Below, piece by piece: positions 21,459 to 33,009 of a DNA stretch of 64,000 bases (the first letter of the stretch is position 1; the number at the start of each line of letters is the position of its first letter). Below the pieces are notes generated by a model. That model did not search any database, was not told where the DNA came from, and worked only from the letters and a program-made list of their open reading frames with translations. Source of the DNA: an uncultured cyanobacterium (lineage in GTDB: Bacteria; Cyanobacteriota; Cyanobacteriia; Cyanobacteriales; CAWCAG01); the NCBI GenBank assembly GCA_963803805.1, contig CAWDOD010000002.1, positions 160,001 through 224,000 of the forward strand, given 5' to 3'. Both the position numbers and the translations under genes were made by a program.

Positions 21459-22820
21459 TCACAATTGCAAACATAAATCTCGAAAATGTTTACCTCGATG
21501 TTCAAAACTACGATATTGATCAAAGCTAGCACAAGCTGGAGAAAGTAAGACAACAGATGCACCTTGTTGCTGGGCAAGTTCTAACCCCCTACTTACGGCA
21601 TTGTCCATAGTTTCTACAACTTCATAGTTTTCATAGCCAAACTGTTGCAATCGTTCTGCAAAATGGGGTGCAGCTTCACCAATTAGTAACACCGCCAAGG
21701 CTTTGTCAACAATAGTTTTTAACCAAGAAGTATCATCCCCTTCCTTTGCCTCTCCCCCAGCAATTAAAATAGCAGGAGTTGCCACAGAGTTTAAACCAAC
21801 TATGGCTGCATCATAATTAGTTGCTTTGCTATCATTAATAAAATCAATTCCTTCAATTGTACAAATGCGTTCCAAGCGATGAGGAACTCCAGGGAATTTT
21901 TCAATTCCTTGCTTAATTGCGGCTTGATCAATTCCAGCTAACCTAGCTGCGGCAACTGCCATTAAAAGGTTTTGTTGATTGTGTTCTCCCACCATTTTCA
22001 AGGATTTAATAGGTAGGATTTTTTCCCCGAAAGCGATTACCCAACCATCCTCAAGATAAACACCTTTTTCCGGTTTACCTAATAGTTGATTTTTACCTTT
22101 AATACTCGTCCAACAAGCATTTGGCCAACTTTCTAGACCCTTATTTCTTAAATAGAGGTCATCACCATTAATTATTTGTTGCTGACAACGTTGCAGTAAA
22201 GTAGCTTTGATATTGTAGTAATTTTCTAGGGTATGATGACGTTCAAGATGATCTGCTGTCAAAGTGGTAAAAATACCAATTTGGGGTGCAAGTTCCCGCG
22301 AAGATTCAATTTGATAACTACTAATTTCTGCAATTATCCAATCAGGGTTAGTAGACTCAAAATGGGCTTTGATTCCCAAATCACAGGCAGCATAACCGAT
22401 ATTGCCGCAGGCAGGGGCAGATAACCCCGCCGCTTGGAAAATAGCGGCGGTTAAAGCAGTGGTGGTTGTTTTACCGTTAGTTCCGGTGATACCTACCCAA
22501 GGGGAGGAGTGGAGGTAGCGCCAAGCTAATTCCATTTCACCAATAGTATCAACACCTTGACTTCTTGCTTTCACCAATAGAGGAATGTCCCAAGGTACTC
22601 CGGGACTCACCACTAATAAATCGGGTAGTTTTGTTTCTGTGAGGTTAGGAGTATGCCCCAACTTAACGGTAATACCTTCTTCTTCTAAAGCTTGCTTCTT
22701 TTTCTCTAAGGTGGGATTATTATTGCTATCGCTCAACTCCACATCCCAACCTTTCAGCTTCAACAACCGCGCTGAAGTTGTTCCTGATCTACCTACTCCA
22801 ATTATGTAAGCTTGAACCAT
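21459..22820 (-). CDS. murD: UDP-N-acetylmuramoyl-L-alanine--D-glutamate ligase
   Basis: GITGTNGKTTT, EISSYQ, NDSKATN, LLSPACASFDQY; ATG at 22820 preferred. Confidence 0.96.
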   Translation of the reverse strand: MVQAYIIGVGRSGTTSARLLKLKGWDVELSDSNNNPTLEKKKQALEEEGITVKLGHTPNLTETKLPDLLVVSPGVPWDIPLLVKARSQGVDTIGEMELAWRYLHSSPWVGITGTNGKTTTTALTAAIFQAAGLSAPACGNIGYAACDLGIKAHFESTNPDWIIAEISSYQIESSRELAPQIGIFTTLTADHLERHHTLENYYNIKATLLQRCQQQIINGDDLYLRNKGLESWPNACWTSIKGKNQLLGKPEKGVYLEDGWVIAFGEKILPIKSLKMVGEHNQQNLLMAVAAARLAGIDQAAIKQGIEKFPGVPHRLERICTIEGIDFINDSKATNYDAAIVGLNSVATPAILIAGGEAKEGDDTSWLKTIVDKALAVLLIGEAAPHFAERLQQFGYENYEVVETMDNAVSRGLELAQQQGASVVLLSPACASFDQYRSFEHRGKHFRDLCLQL

Positions 22821-22878
22821 AAAATCTAATTGCCCCAAGTTTTTAGCATTTTACAATAATGTTTTCGGTTAGTTGTTA

Positions 22879-23421
22879 CTAAACTAATTCTTTCCCCAAA
22901 AACTCTATAGCTTCCTCACACCAACCAATATAATTCTCTTCGTAGCGAATACCTTGACGTAGGGTTAAATATTGGCATTTGTGGGTAAAAGATAACTGGT
23001 GAGGTTGAGGAAAATTTTCTTGGGCAATACCTCTATACACATCTAATTGGCGCTTATGTAATTGACGGTGACGTTCTAACTCTCTGATCAGGGTTTGGGG
23101 CTTGACTAAGTAGCCTGCAAATAATTTAACCAGAACTTCTTCTTTGTGTGGACTAACTTTGCCCGGTTTAGCTATCCACTCAATAATTTTTTCTTTACCT
23201 AATGTGGTCAAAGAGTAAATTTTTTTGTTAGGACGACCTTCTTGAGTGATCGTTTTAGCAAAAATCCAGCTTTTTTCCTCTAACTTATTTAACTCCCTGT
23301 AAATTTGCTGATGGCTTGCTTGCCAGAAAAAACTCACTGAGGAATCAAACTTTTTGGCGATGTCGTAGCCGCTAGCTGCTTCGTCGGTTAGGGTAGCTAA
23401 AATTGCATAGGTCAAACTCAT
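22879..23421 (-). CDS. PadR-family transcriptional regulator
   Basis: SGYDI.K.F, FWQASHQQIYREL..LE, GRPNKKIY.LT..G. Confidence 0.9.
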   Translation of the reverse strand: MSLTYAILATLTDEAASGYDIAKKFDSSVSFFWQASHQQIYRELNKLEEKSWIFAKTITQEGRPNKKIYSLTTLGKEKIIEWIAKPGKVSPHKEEVLVKLFAGYLVKPQTLIRELERHRQLHKRQLDVYRGIAQENFPQPHQLSFTHKCQYLTLRQGIRYEENYIGWCEEAIEFLGKELV

Positions 23422-23585
23422 AAGTACTTGGACAAAATTAATTTAACATTTGGTTAGGAATAGGGAACAGCCTTAATTCAAAATTCACAATTAAAAATTA
23501 AAACATACTTCGTTAATATTCACACGATTGCATAGTATATCATTTGCACAAATAGGGATATATTAACTTTCAAAAAAAGTTTTTG

Positions 23586-24707
23586 TCAGTCTAAGGTTGG
23601 TACAGTTTTAGGGATGGAAGAGGGGGAAGAGTTATCTTCCGGGGGATCAAAAGTTTCTCCTTCCGGGGCGGTGAAGATTAAGTCTCTAGGCTGGGGATTG
23701 GGACTTGGTTGCAAATTTGTGGGAGGAGGAGACTGCCCAAGATTCGGTAACTTTAAAGGACGCAAACTAAACCCATTATTACTTTCAACACCAAGATTAA
23801 TTTGTTCTAAGTTGGGAATTTTAGGTTGCAGACTATTGGTACTTATAGGTGGGGCCGTAGGAATAAATTCTGGAGACGAATTATTATTATTTATTGTCGG
23901 GGGAATTATGCCTACTTCTGGGGTAGTGAAGATTAAATCCTGGGAAGGAGGGCTTGGATTTTCTTGTTCTGGAGTAGGGGTTACTGCGGGAAGGGAATTA
24001 GTAGTTATGGGAGAGGACAGAGGAGTGTTGGAGGGAGGATCTTCTTCTAAATTAGGTAGGGGCGAGGGAATCTTTACCCCCACTACAGGAGGTGCAGCAT
24101 TGGTAATTTCGGCTTCTGGTTGAGGTGCGATCGCTGCTATGTAAGGTATGGGGGTTTCAATAGCGGTTAAGTCCCCAGTCAGGTAAATATGTCCAAGATC
24201 CCGACCATTGAAAATTCTTCTGGTGAAACGCCAACCAGGATTGAGGATAATTCTTTGGAAACCTTTATCTATACCCTTTGTTCTACCAATTTCGATGGGA
24301 ATAGTTACAGAACCTTGATTTGATTTTCCCACTAAAACAAGATCACCATCATCTTTAATGATCTCGATTTCATATTCTGGGGCTAAATCCTGTCCTTCTA
24401 AGCGAATTGAGTAATCATTACTACTATCCCGAATTTCGCAAATACCATCATAGTTAGATTGCTGAGGTAGGGGTTTAATGCGTTCAGGATTGGCACTGTT
24501 TTGTATCCAACAGGCGTAGGAGTCGTAGAGTTGTTCAACAATTACCAGTCGATAATTTTGAGGGCTATTGCCGAAAGGGGCAGCGATCGCCATAAAGCGA
24601 TTAGGATTAACTTCTGCGGTACTAAATTCGATGGCTGAAGTTAAACGAGGCTTGCTAAGGTGTAAAAAGCAAGTACTAGCAAGAATAACGACTAAAAACT
24701 TTTTCAT
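23586..24707 (-). CDS. Exported DUF3747-like protein with Pro-rich C-terminus
   Basis: Signal peptide; AIAAP, SN.YSIR..G.DL, GW.FTRR...G..LGHIY motifs. Confidence 0.7.
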   Translation of the reverse strand: MKKFLVVILASTCFLHLSKPRLTSAIEFSTAEVNPNRFMAIAAPFGNSPQNYRLVIVEQLYDSYACWIQNSANPERIKPLPQQSNYDGICEIRDSSNDYSIRLEGQDLAPEYEIEIIKDDGDLVLVGKSNQGSVTIPIEIGRTKGIDKGFQRIILNPGWRFTRRIFNGRDLGHIYLTGDLTAIETPIPYIAAIAPQPEAEITNAAPPVVGVKIPSPLPNLEEDPPSNTPLSSPITTNSLPAVTPTPEQENPSPPSQDLIFTTPEVGIIPPTINNNNSSPEFIPTAPPISTNSLQPKIPNLEQINLGVESNNGFSLRPLKLPNLGQSPPPTNLQPSPNPQPRDLIFTAPEGETFDPPEDNSSPSSIPKTVPTLD

Positions 24708-24849
24708 TGATCATTAAACATTTATCATTTGATCATCGATCTTTGCCTTAGAACCCTCTAAATGATAAGTCTAAAAAAGATTACTTTTGATTAAGCCAAG
24801 AGTAACCATTCCAGGGATAATAAGAGAGGAATGTTTACTATCAAAATCT

Positions 24850-25731
24850 GTGTCCATCAGTTTTCAAGGTATTATTGCCAAATTAAATCAATTTTGGAGC
24901 GATCGCGGCTGTCTAATCGCTCAACCCTATGATACAGAAAAGGGTGCGGGGACTATGAACCACCACACTTTTTTACGGGCCATAGGCCCTGAACCTTGGT
25001 CTGTTGCCTATGTTGAACCTTGCAGAAGACCAACGGATGGACGCTATGGAGAAAATCCTAATCGTTTTCAACATTATTATCAATATCAAGTTCTCATTAA
25101 ACCCTCTCCTAATCATATTCAAGAAGTTTATTTAGATTCCCTCAAAGCTTTGGGTATTCTGCCGGAAGACCATGATATTCGCTTTGTGGAAGATAATTGG
25201 GAATCACCTACTTTGGGGGCTTGGGGTGTTGGTTGGGAGGTTTGGTTAGATGGGATGGAAGTTACCCAGTTTACCTATTTCCAACAATGTGGCGGTATTG
25301 ATTGTCGTCCTGTTTCTATTGAAATAACCTATGGTTTGGAACGACTAGCTATGTATCTTCAAGATGTAGATGCCATGGTAAAAATTAGCTGGAATGATCA
25401 CCTTAGCTATGGTGATGTACATTTACAAGGGGAGATTGAACAATGTACCTACAACTTCACCGCTTCTGATCCTGATTTGCTTTTCAAACTCTTTGGTTTA
25501 TATGAACAAGAAGCTAAGCAATTAATTGACAAAGGTTTGGTTTTGCCCAGCCTTGATTATGTTTTGAAATGTTCCCATACCTTTAATTTACTAGATGCTA
25601 GAGGTGCGATCGCTGTAACAGAAAGAACCCGTTACATTGGTATGATTCGTAACTTAGCCCGGAAGGTGGCTCATTTATATTTACAACAAAGGGAGGATTT
25701 AGGCTATCCTTTGTTAATTCCTAGTGGCTAG
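24850..25731 (+). CDS. glyQ: Glycine--tRNA ligase alpha subunit
   Basis: [44 protein letters not shown] start at 24850 likely. Confidence 0.97.
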   Translation: MSISFQGIIAKLNQFWSDRGCLIAQPYDTEKGAGTMNHHTFLRAIGPEPWSVAYVEPCRRPTDGRYGENPNRFQHYYQYQVLIKPSPNHIQEVYLDSLKALGILPEDHDIRFVEDNWESPTLGAWGVGWEVWLDGMEVTQFTYFQQCGGIDCRPVSIEITYGLERLAMYLQDVDAMVKISWNDHLSYGDVHLQGEIEQCTYNFTASDPDLLFKLFGLYEQEAKQLIDKGLVLPSLDYVLKCSHTFNLLDARGAIAVTERTRYIGMIRNLARKVAHLYLQQREDLGYPLLIPSG

Positions 25732-25758
25732 TGGCTAGTGGCTAGTAGCTAGTGGCTA
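25722..25758. repeat. Heptamer tandem repeat (TAGTGGC)n, STRR-like
   Basis: ~5 units; similar heptamer runs at ~3350-3381, ~10968-10995, 29696-29723 and ~59841-59882. Confidence 0.8.
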
Positions 25759-25807
25759 ATCGGAAACCTTATTTTATCCCTGACTCCTGATCTTCTGACC
25801 TCTAATT

Positions 25808-26278
25808 ATGACTAATTTTCTAGAACCTCTTGCTGCTTGGTTTCGTAGTTTGGGAATACCCGAACCCATCGTTCATTGGGGGCATCCTCTAATGATGGGA
25901 ATTGTTGTCTTTGTGATGGGGACTTTTGTGGGTTTAGCTGGCTGGCGTGGGCGTACTGCTGAAGAAGGTGAAGTTGCTATCAAAAGTAAGCAAGATCATC
26001 GCAAACTCGCCCCTTGGTTATTTTTGTTCCTAGCCACTGGTTATACCGGAGGGGTTTTATCTTTGGTTATGCAACAGCAACCCATCCTAGAAAGTCCTCA
26101 TTTTTGGACAGGTTCAGTGGTAATTGGTTTACTTACTATTAATGGAGTACTTTCAGCAACTAAGTTTGGGGACAACCAACCTGGGTTACGTACAGTCCAT
26201 GCTTATGTAGGAACTATAGCCCTTGGTTTACTTTTCGTTCATGCTTTATTGGGTTTGAAGTTAGGTTTAGCGATTTAG
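25808..26278 (+). CDS. DUF4079-family membrane protein
   Basis: WGHPLMM, H.KLA, SPHFWTG, HAY.G motifs; 4 TM helices. Confidence 0.8.
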   Translation: MTNFLEPLAAWFRSLGIPEPIVHWGHPLMMGIVVFVMGTFVGLAGWRGRTAEEGEVAIKSKQDHRKLAPWLFLFLATGYTGGVLSLVMQQQPILESPHFWTGSVVIGLLTINGVLSATKFGDNQPGLRTVHAYVGTIALGLLFVHALLGLKLGLAI

Positions 26279-26348
26279 AATTAGAACCGTAAGCTAAAAC
26301 CCTTTTTCAAAGGTATTTTTAACTCTTTTAGGTTATTGATGAATTAGC

Positions 26349-27731
26349 TCACTTACCTATACAAAAACGGCTGAAAATTCTTTCTAACACTGATTCTGTC
26401 ACCTCTTCCCCAGTTATTTCTCCTAAAGCTTGGATTGCACTTCTAGAATCAATTGTCCAAAAATCTAAGGGGAGTTTGTTGTTAATAGTTACTTGAACTT
26501 GTTCTAGGGCAACTTTGGTGCGGATTAGGGTAGCAGCTTGACGCTGATTAATAGCTAAATCTGTATCAGCAGCAGTGATATTTTCAGTTTGAACAGATTG
26601 GAGAATCGCCTTTTCTAAACTATCTATACCTTGATTATGGGCGGCGGAGGTGGTAACTACGATTTTGATTTGAGGAGGATAACCAACTTGATCGCCAGAA
26701 GCTAAATCAGTTTTATTAATTACCAAAATAACAGGCAAATGTTGCACTTGTTGGTATATAGCTTCATCTTCTGATCTCCAACCTTTTTGGGCATCAATAG
26801 TCAGTAAAACTAAATCAGCATTTTGTGCTGCTTGGCGCGATCTCTCCACTCCAATTTGTTCTACCGTGTCAGTTGTGGCACGAATTCCGGCAGTGTCTAA
26901 AACCTGGATTGGTATACCACCCACCACTAATTGAGATTCTACTACGTCCCGGGTAGTACCGGGTAGAGGCGTAACTATGGCGCGATCGCTTCTACTCCAA
27001 GTATTTAATAAACTAGATTTTCCCACATTGGGTTGTCCGACAATAGCAACTTTTAAGCCACTGCGAAGTAATTCTCCTTGGTGGGCAGTGGCGAGGATTT
27101 TTTTAACCTTTGCTAATACTTTTTGCAAATTGGCAACTACCTCTTCTTCATCCAAGGGAGGTAAGTCATCTTCAAAATCAATCCTCGCTTCCACCTCTGC
27201 CAAAACATCCAAACATTGACCCCGCAACTCTTTAATTGGTTGAGCGAGTTTACCTTGCAACCCGGCTAAAGCAACCTTTGCTGCTTGGGGAGATTTTGCC
27301 CCAACAATATCTGCTATGCCCTCTGCTTGGGTCAAATCAACTCTACCATTAAGGAAAGCTCTGAGGGTAAATTCCCCCGGTTGAGCAAGTCTTGCCCCTG
27401 CTTCCAAGCACAATTGTAATACTTGCTGCACCGGAATAATCCCACCGTGACAGTGAAACTCCACCACATCCTCGCGGGTAAAGGAACGAGGTGCTTTCAT
27501 AATTGCTAGTAAAGCTTCATCAATGGTTTCTTGACTTTGAGGATGGCGAATATAACCATAGAGGAGGCGATGACTTGCCCATGTTTGCTTACCTGGGGCA
27601 TAAAAAACCTTCTTCCCTATATCTAAAGCCGTTGCCCCTGACAAGCGCACAATACCAATACTACCCTGACTAGGAACTACCGCCGTGGCGATCGCCGCTA
27701 TGGTTTCTCCTTGGCTTGGGACATTTGTCAT
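26349..27731 (-). CDS. mnmE: tRNA modification GTPase MnmE
   Basis: [29 protein letters not shown], terminal FCIGK. Confidence 0.97.
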   Translation of the reverse strand: MTNVPSQGETIAAIATAVVPSQGSIGIVRLSGATALDIGKKVFYAPGKQTWASHRLLYGYIRHPQSQETIDEALLAIMKAPRSFTREDVVEFHCHGGIIPVQQVLQLCLEAGARLAQPGEFTLRAFLNGRVDLTQAEGIADIVGAKSPQAAKVALAGLQGKLAQPIKELRGQCLDVLAEVEARIDFEDDLPPLDEEEVVANLQKVLAKVKKILATAHQGELLRSGLKVAIVGQPNVGKSSLLNTWSRSDRAIVTPLPGTTRDVVESQLVVGGIPIQVLDTAGIRATTDTVEQIGVERSRQAAQNADLVLLTIDAQKGWRSEDEAIYQQVQHLPVILVINKTDLASGDQVGYPPQIKIVVTTSAAHNQGIDSLEKAILQSVQTENITAADTDLAINQRQAATLIRTKVALEQVQVTINNKLPLDFWTIDSRSAIQALGEITGEEVTESVLERIFSRFCIGK

Positions 27732-27832
27732 TTAACATTTGTGTATTTTACAGAGGTTGCTTTTGCAACTAGAGAATTATCCTATTCCCTGTTCCCGGCA
27801 AACAATATAAATGTCTGACAGCTTAGCAATTG

Positions 27833-27982
27833 CTATTTTTCATCTAAACGATGAGAAACATACTTTCCATAATAAACACAAAAACGAGCAAACTTCCGTG
27901 ACAACTTAATATAATTGCGGTTTGAATTAGTAGATTCTTGAACCTTGGTGTTTGCTAAAACACGATTTCTTATCCTTAACAT
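27833..27982 (-). CDS. Putative 49-aa basic small protein divergent from MocR regulator
   Basis: ATG at 27982 preceded by SD-like GAGAGGGTGA. Confidence 0.4.
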   Translation of the reverse strand: MLRIRNRVLANTKVQESTNSNRNYIKLSRKFARFCVYYGKYVSHRLDEK

Positions 27983-28077
27983 AATCACCCTCTCATCATT
28001 GATTATCTGTCTTTGATTCAATTATCTAAAAACTTTCCACCACTTATCAGAGTCAATAATGTTAAATTATCACCAGT

Positions 28078-28156
28078 ACAGTTACTATTTTGGCAACTGT
28101 TATGCAGCTTTATCGGCTTAACTGTACTCCTTCTTTAAAAATCAAACTATAACTGT
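28078..28156. promoter_or_regulatory. Putative MocR operator repeats
   Basis: ACAGTT 28078-83 (inverted) and AACTGT at 28095, 28120, 28151 immediately upstream of the MocR gene. Confidence 0.5.
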
Positions 28157-28171
28157 TCAAACGGATTTGAC

Positions 28172-29635
28172 ATGAAACTTCTTCTTCCTGATAAAACTTT
28201 AGGGCGCAAACTTTATGAACAAGTAGCTGACAGTATTCAGACTTTAATCAATGAAGGTACTTTACAACCAGGAGATCGCCTTCCTTCTGTTCGTAAGCTT
28301 CGTCAACAGTTAGGAGTGAGTATTTCCACAATTTTAGAAGCTTACCGCTTACTGGAAGATGAGGGGCTAATTGCTGTTCGTCCCCAGTCTGGTTATTATG
28401 TCAAACAATCTCCTTATCTATCTCCTCATGAACCTATTCCTTATGTTCCTTGCTTCAAGATTTTACCTATAGATAATTCTTTAGCCTTTCAGGTACATAG
28501 CGACATCCGCGATCGCCAAACTTTAAAATTAGGGGCAGCAGTTCCTGCACCGGAACTATTCCCCACAGCAGCCCTAAACCGACTTATGGCTAAAGTAATT
28601 CGGGCTGAACCAGAATTAGTTCATAGTTACAATGTTCCCCCTGGCTGTGCTGCCCTACGCCAAGAAGTAGCTAAGCGGTTGATGGATGCAGGTTGTTCTT
28701 TAGCCCCCGAACAAATTGTTATTACTAACGGTGCTAGTGAAGCTGTTTATCTTTCCCTCAAAGCTGTCACCAAACCGGGGGATACCGTCGCTATTGAATC
28801 TCCCTGTTACTATGGCATCTTAGAAGCCTTAGAAGCGTTGCACCTTAAAGCCTTGGAGTTACCTACACATCCTCGCGAAGGCATCTCCTTAGCCCATTTA
28901 GAAGCCGCTTTAGTGAAAAAACAAATAGCTGCTTGCATTGTCGTCTCGAACTTCAGCAATCCTTTAGGTCACACCATGGGGGATTCCAACAAGCAGGAAT
29001 TAATCACACTTCTCAACCGTTACGACATACCTTTAGTAGAGGACGATGTTTATGGAGAAATTTACTTTGGTAAAGTGCGACCCAAAGCCATCAAAGCTTT
29101 TGATACCCAATGCCGAGTTCTTTACTGTGGTTCAATTAGCAAAACTCTCTCTTCTGGTTTACGGGTAGGTTGGTGTATACCAGGACTTTACCGAGCTAGG
29201 GTAGAACAGTTAAAATTAGTCATTAATATGAGTGCAGCTATTGCTCCTCAACTTACGGTAGCAGCGTTTTTAAGCAACGGAGGTTATGAGCGTCACCTTC
29301 GCCAACTACGTCGCACCTATCAATTGCAAATGTCTCAGATGAGCCAAGCAATTGGTCAATATTTCCCTTCAGAAACCCGTGTTACCCGTCCCCAAGGAGG
29401 TCATGTTTTGTGGCTTGAACTTCCCCCAGAATTTGAGGTTATGGAACTTTACCAAGAAGCATTACAAGCAAAAATCAGCATTGCCCCTGGAGTGATTTTT
29501 TCCCCTTCTGGTAGTTACAGTAACTGCTTGCGTCTCAATTGTGGTTTACCTTGGTCAGAACTCATTGAACAAGCAATGCAAACTTTGGGAATGTTAGCGA
29601 AGAAGCAGTTAGCAAAGAAGATACTAGCTAATTAA
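28172..29635 (+). CDS. GntR/MocR-family regulator with PLP aminotransferase domain
   Basis: LYEQVA..I, GDRLPSVRKL wHTH; SNFSNPLG, EDDVY, SISKTL, GLRVGW. Confidence 0.92.
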   Translation: MKLLLPDKTLGRKLYEQVADSIQTLINEGTLQPGDRLPSVRKLRQQLGVSISTILEAYRLLEDEGLIAVRPQSGYYVKQSPYLSPHEPIPYVPCFKILPIDNSLAFQVHSDIRDRQTLKLGAAVPAPELFPTAALNRLMAKVIRAEPELVHSYNVPPGCAALRQEVAKRLMDAGCSLAPEQIVITNGASEAVYLSLKAVTKPGDTVAIESPCYYGILEALEALHLKALELPTHPREGISLAHLEAALVKKQIAACIVVSNFSNPLGHTMGDSNKQELITLLNRYDIPLVEDDVYGEIYFGKVRPKAIKAFDTQCRVLYCGSISKTLSSGLRVGWCIPGLYRARVEQLKLVINMSAAIAPQLTVAAFLSNGGYERHLRQLRRTYQLQMSQMSQAIGQYFPSETRVTRPQGGHVLWLELPPEFEVMELYQEALQAKISIAPGVIFSPSGSYSNCLRLNCGLPWSELIEQAMQTLGMLAKKQLAKKILAN

Positions 29636-29652
29636 CTAGTCTTATAATACCT

Positions 29653-29767
29653 TATAGCAATTCTCTTACTGGTGAGGTACTAAGTTCTTGGTTTGGGGAG
29701 CAGGGAGCAGGGAGCAGGGAGCATTAGGAAAAGAAGAGTGTACCTCATGTAACTCAGAATTGCTATA
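29653..29767. mobile_element. MITE-like element with internal GGGAGCA repeats
   Basis: 12-bp IR TATAGCAATTCT/AGAATTGCTATA, nested IR TGAGGTAC/GTACCTCA, 4x GGGAGCA inside. Confidence 0.7.
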
Positions 29768-29902
29768 TAAGAATCTCTTACTTTGGAAATTAATCTATCC
29801 TACTTCTTAAAAGAACTATATCGATAATCCCCACCCCTGGTTGAGATCCTATAAAGTGTGAAATAGACAAAATGACCGTAGAATCTAAATCTATACACTT
29901 GT

Positions 29903-31810
29903 ATGCACATAAGTGAAATAACCCATCCTAACCAATTGCACGGTCTGTCGGTGCGTCAGCTAGAAAATATTGCCCGTCAGATAAGAGAAAAACATTTAGA
30001 AACAGTTTCCGCCAGCGGTGGTCATTTGGGGCCAGGTTTAGGGGTGGTGGAATTAACCATCGCCCTTTACCAAACCCTTGACCTCGACAAGGATAAAGTA
30101 ATTTGGGATGTCGGCCACCAAGCTTATCCCCACAAAATGTTAACGGGGAGATATCACGACTTCCATACCTTGCGCCAAAAAAATGGTGTAGCAGGCTATT
30201 GTAAGCGTAGTGAAAGTAAGTTCGACCATTTCGGGGCTGGTCATGCTTCTACTAGCATTTCTGCTGCTTTAGGCATGGCCTTGGCTAGGGATGCTAAAGG
30301 AGAAGATTCCAAAGCCGTCGCCGTAATTGGTGATGGGGCTTTAACAGGAGGAATGGCCTTAGAAGCTATCAACCACGCTGGACACTTACCCCATACTAGG
30401 TTGATGGTGGTTTTGAATGACAATGAAATGTCTATTTCTCCTAATGTCGGAGCCATTTCTCGCTATCTTAACAAAGTACGTCTCTCTCCCCCAGTACAAT
30501 TCCTTTCTGGGAATTTAGAAGAACAGTTTAAGCAAATACCCTTCGTTGGTGAATCTCTTTCCCCAGATATGGAAAGAGTCAAAGAGGGAATGAAGCGTCT
30601 TGCTGTACCGAAAGTGGGGGCTGTGATTGAAGAATTAGGCTTTAAATACTTCGGTCCCATTGATGGACACAACCTCGAAGAATTAATTGCTACCTTTAAG
30701 CGGGCCCACCAAGTTAAGGGGCCAGTATTGGTTCATGTGGCGACCATTAAAGGTAAAGGTTATGAAATTGCTGAAAAAGACCAAGTAGGCTATCATGCCC
30801 AAAAACCCTTTAACTTGGCCACAGGTAAAGCTAATCCTTCCAATAAGCCTACTCCTCCCGGCTATTCTAAAGTTTTTGCCCATACTTTAACTAAATTAGC
30901 AGAAAATGATAGCAAAATTATTGGTATCACTGCGGCAATGGCTACTGGGACAGGGTTAGACAAACTACAGAAGAAATTGCCTAAGCAATATATTGATGTC
31001 GGTATCGCCGAACAACACGCCGTTACCCTGGCTGCTGGTTTAGCTTGTGAAGGAATGCGTCCTGTAGCTACTATTTACTCTACCTTTTTACAAAGAGCTT
31101 ATGACCAAGTTATTCACGACGTTTGTATCCAAAAACTACCTGTGTTTTTCTGTTTAGATCGCGCTGGTATTGTTGGTGCTGACGGCCCTACCCACCAAGG
31201 AATGTACGACATTGCTTATATGCGCTGCTTACCTAATATGGTGGTGATGGCCCCTAAAGATGAAGCCGAGTTGCAGAGAATGGTGGTAACAGGCATTAAC
31301 TATACTAAAGGCCCCATAACAATGCGTTATCCCCGTGGTAACGGTATTGGTGTTCCTTTAATGGAAGATGGTTGGGAACCGATCGAAATTGGTAAAGGAG
31401 AAATTCTACGCCACGGTGACGACGTTTTATTGTTAGGCTATGGTGCGATGGTTTATCCTACCTTGCAAGTAGCAGAAATTCTTAATGAACACGGTGTTCA
31501 AGCAACAGTAGTTAATGCCCGCTTTACTAAACCTTTAGATACAGAGTTGATTTTGCCTTTAGCAAAACGCATTGGTAAAGTCGTTACCTTAGAAGAAGGT
31601 TGTTTGATGGGAGGTTTTGGTTCTGCCGTAGGAGAGGCTTTGTTAGATAACAATATCCAAGCTTCCTTAAAGCGTTTCGGTATTCCTGACCTTTTAGTAG
31701 ATCATGCTACTGCCAATGAATCTAAAGCAGATTTGGGTTTGACACCGCAACAAGTTGCTGAAAAAACTTTGAAAATTTTCTTTAGTAAGCAACCTTCTAG
31801 CATTAGCTAA
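29903..31810 (+). CDS. dxs: 1-deoxy-D-xylulose-5-phosphate synthase
   Basis: [49 protein letters not shown]. Confidence 0.97.
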   Translation: MHISEITHPNQLHGLSVRQLENIARQIREKHLETVSASGGHLGPGLGVVELTIALYQTLDLDKDKVIWDVGHQAYPHKMLTGRYHDFHTLRQKNGVAGYCKRSESKFDHFGAGHASTSISAALGMALARDAKGEDSKAVAVIGDGALTGGMALEAINHAGHLPHTRLMVVLNDNEMSISPNVGAISRYLNKVRLSPPVQFLSGNLEEQFKQIPFVGESLSPDMERVKEGMKRLAVPKVGAVIEELGFKYFGPIDGHNLEELIATFKRAHQVKGPVLVHVATIKGKGYEIAEKDQVGYHAQKPFNLATGKANPSNKPTPPGYSKVFAHTLTKLAENDSKIIGITAAMATGTGLDKLQKKLPKQYIDVGIAEQHAVTLAAGLACEGMRPVATIYSTFLQRAYDQVIHDVCIQKLPVFFCLDRAGIVGADGPTHQGMYDIAYMRCLPNMVVMAPKDEAELQRMVVTGINYTKGPITMRYPRGNGIGVPLMEDGWEPIEIGKGEILRHGDDVLLLGYGAMVYPTLQVAEILNEHGVQATVVNARFTKPLDTELILPLAKRIGKVVTLEEGCLMGGFGSAVGEALLDNNIQASLKRFGIPDLLVDHATANESKADLGLTPQQVAEKTLKIFFSKQPSSIS

Positions 31811-31824
31811 AGTAGCTAAAGTAT

Positions 31825-31863
31825 TTGTAGAGGCGTTCAATAATGGATGTAGCGTCTCTACAA
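31825..31863. repeat. REP-like palindrome
   Basis: TTGTAGAGGCG ... CGTCTCTACAA. Confidence 0.55.
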
Positions 31864-31892
31864 CCGGAAAAAGAGAAGAAGAGGAGAATAAA

Positions 31893-32096
31893 ATGGAAGC
31901 TACAAAAGTCAACTGTGCTGAAGACTGCATTGACGGCTGTATTTTAGGAGATAAATGTCCAAACCTAGAATATGCTGATTCGGCCTCCCAATTTGTGAGT
32001 AATACTTCTTTAGATGAAATGCACGAAATCGCTGAAGCAGCGAGAAGAAAGAAGGCAATGGAACCAACCAAGTGGGTGATTCCTGACGAAATTTAG
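31893..32096 (+). CDS. Small four-Cys cyanobacterial hypothetical protein
   Basis: GAGGAG RBS; NCAEDCIDGCILGDKCP. Confidence 0.75.
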   Translation: MEATKVNCAEDCIDGCILGDKCPNLEYADSASQFVSNTSLDEMHEIAEAARRKKAMEPTKWVIPDEI

Positions 32097-32100
32097 GTTA

Positions 32101-32131
32101 GGAAGGGATACAAAGTTTTTGTATCCCTTCC
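32101..32131. terminator. Hairpin between convergent genes, likely bidirectional terminator
   Basis: Perfect 14-bp stem GGAAGGGATACAAA / TTTGTATCCCTTCC. Confidence 0.75.
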
Positions 32132-32149
32132 CATAGTTAAACAATGCTT

Positions 32150-32704
32150 TTAGAAAGCGTAACCAGCTCCTAATTGTATACTTACAGCAGAAGCAGGGCT
32201 ATTTTGATAAGCATCAATACCTAACTTGGTATCGCCGTAAATCATTAAATGAGAACCAATTTGAGTTTCTGCACCAACAGCGAGTACAGGGGCATCATCA
32301 TTACCAAGGGGAGTAGGTTGTCCGTTTTGCTCTACGAAAGAGTAACCTGCACCAAAATAAACATTAGTATTTTTCATGACAGGTACATCTACAGAAACCA
32401 TTGGCATAATCGCTGAGGTTTCATCGCTAGCTAAAACTGCACCTCTAACAGAAACGGGTGTATTAGGGATAGCATAGCGCCCTTGTACTTGATAACCTAA
32501 TGTTGCTGCATCTCCTGTTTGTCCACCGTTGGTAATGCCAGCGGCCGCACCGCCACCAATGTAGTTTGCATCGGTCCCTTTCTCGTTAACTGTTTGAGCA
32601 AAAGCGTTTCCAGAAGTTAAGAAAATAGGAGCAACAACTAAAGCAGATAAGGTAGAAAGGGCGAGTTTAGATTTGATTGTACGTTCCATAGTTAATCTTG
32701 CCAA
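32150..32704 (-). CDS. Exported outer-membrane beta-barrel-like protein
   Basis: Signal peptide (AFA-Q), alternating beta-strand pattern, C-terminal GAGYAF. Confidence 0.7.
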   Translation of the reverse strand: MARLTMERTIKSKLALSTLSALVVAPIFLTSGNAFAQTVNEKGTDANYIGGGAAAGITNGGQTGDAATLGYQVQGRYAIPNTPVSVRGAVLASDETSAIMPMVSVDVPVMKNTNVYFGAGYSFVEQNGQPTPLGNDDAPVLAVGAETQIGSHLMIYGDTKLGIDAYQNSPASAVSIQLGAGYAF

Positions 32705-33009
32705 TTTATGAAGTGTATTTGTGTGGTGTTGTTTATTTAGTCGTTTGCTATTAAGAAAAGGTTCCGAGATTTTAAAAAGTTTTTTTACTATTTTTTCAAA
32801 GGGTTGCTATTACTTGATTTAGCTGATAACCTATATTCAACAAGGCTTAAAGAGAATTTAGAGTCTTAATTTGGTTCAACTAATAAAAGAAAAATACTAT
32901 TAGTATAACATCAAAAAAATGTTTTATTGTAGTAAGTGGACTCTTTATAAACTGGCACTATAAAGTTATCTTTGGTAGAAAGTAGAGAGTAAGAAAACAA
33001 GCTTAAAAA

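Noticed and set aside
23614-24123. 169-aa plus-strand Gly-rich ORF
   Set aside because: Antisense shadow of the Pro-rich tail of 23586-24707
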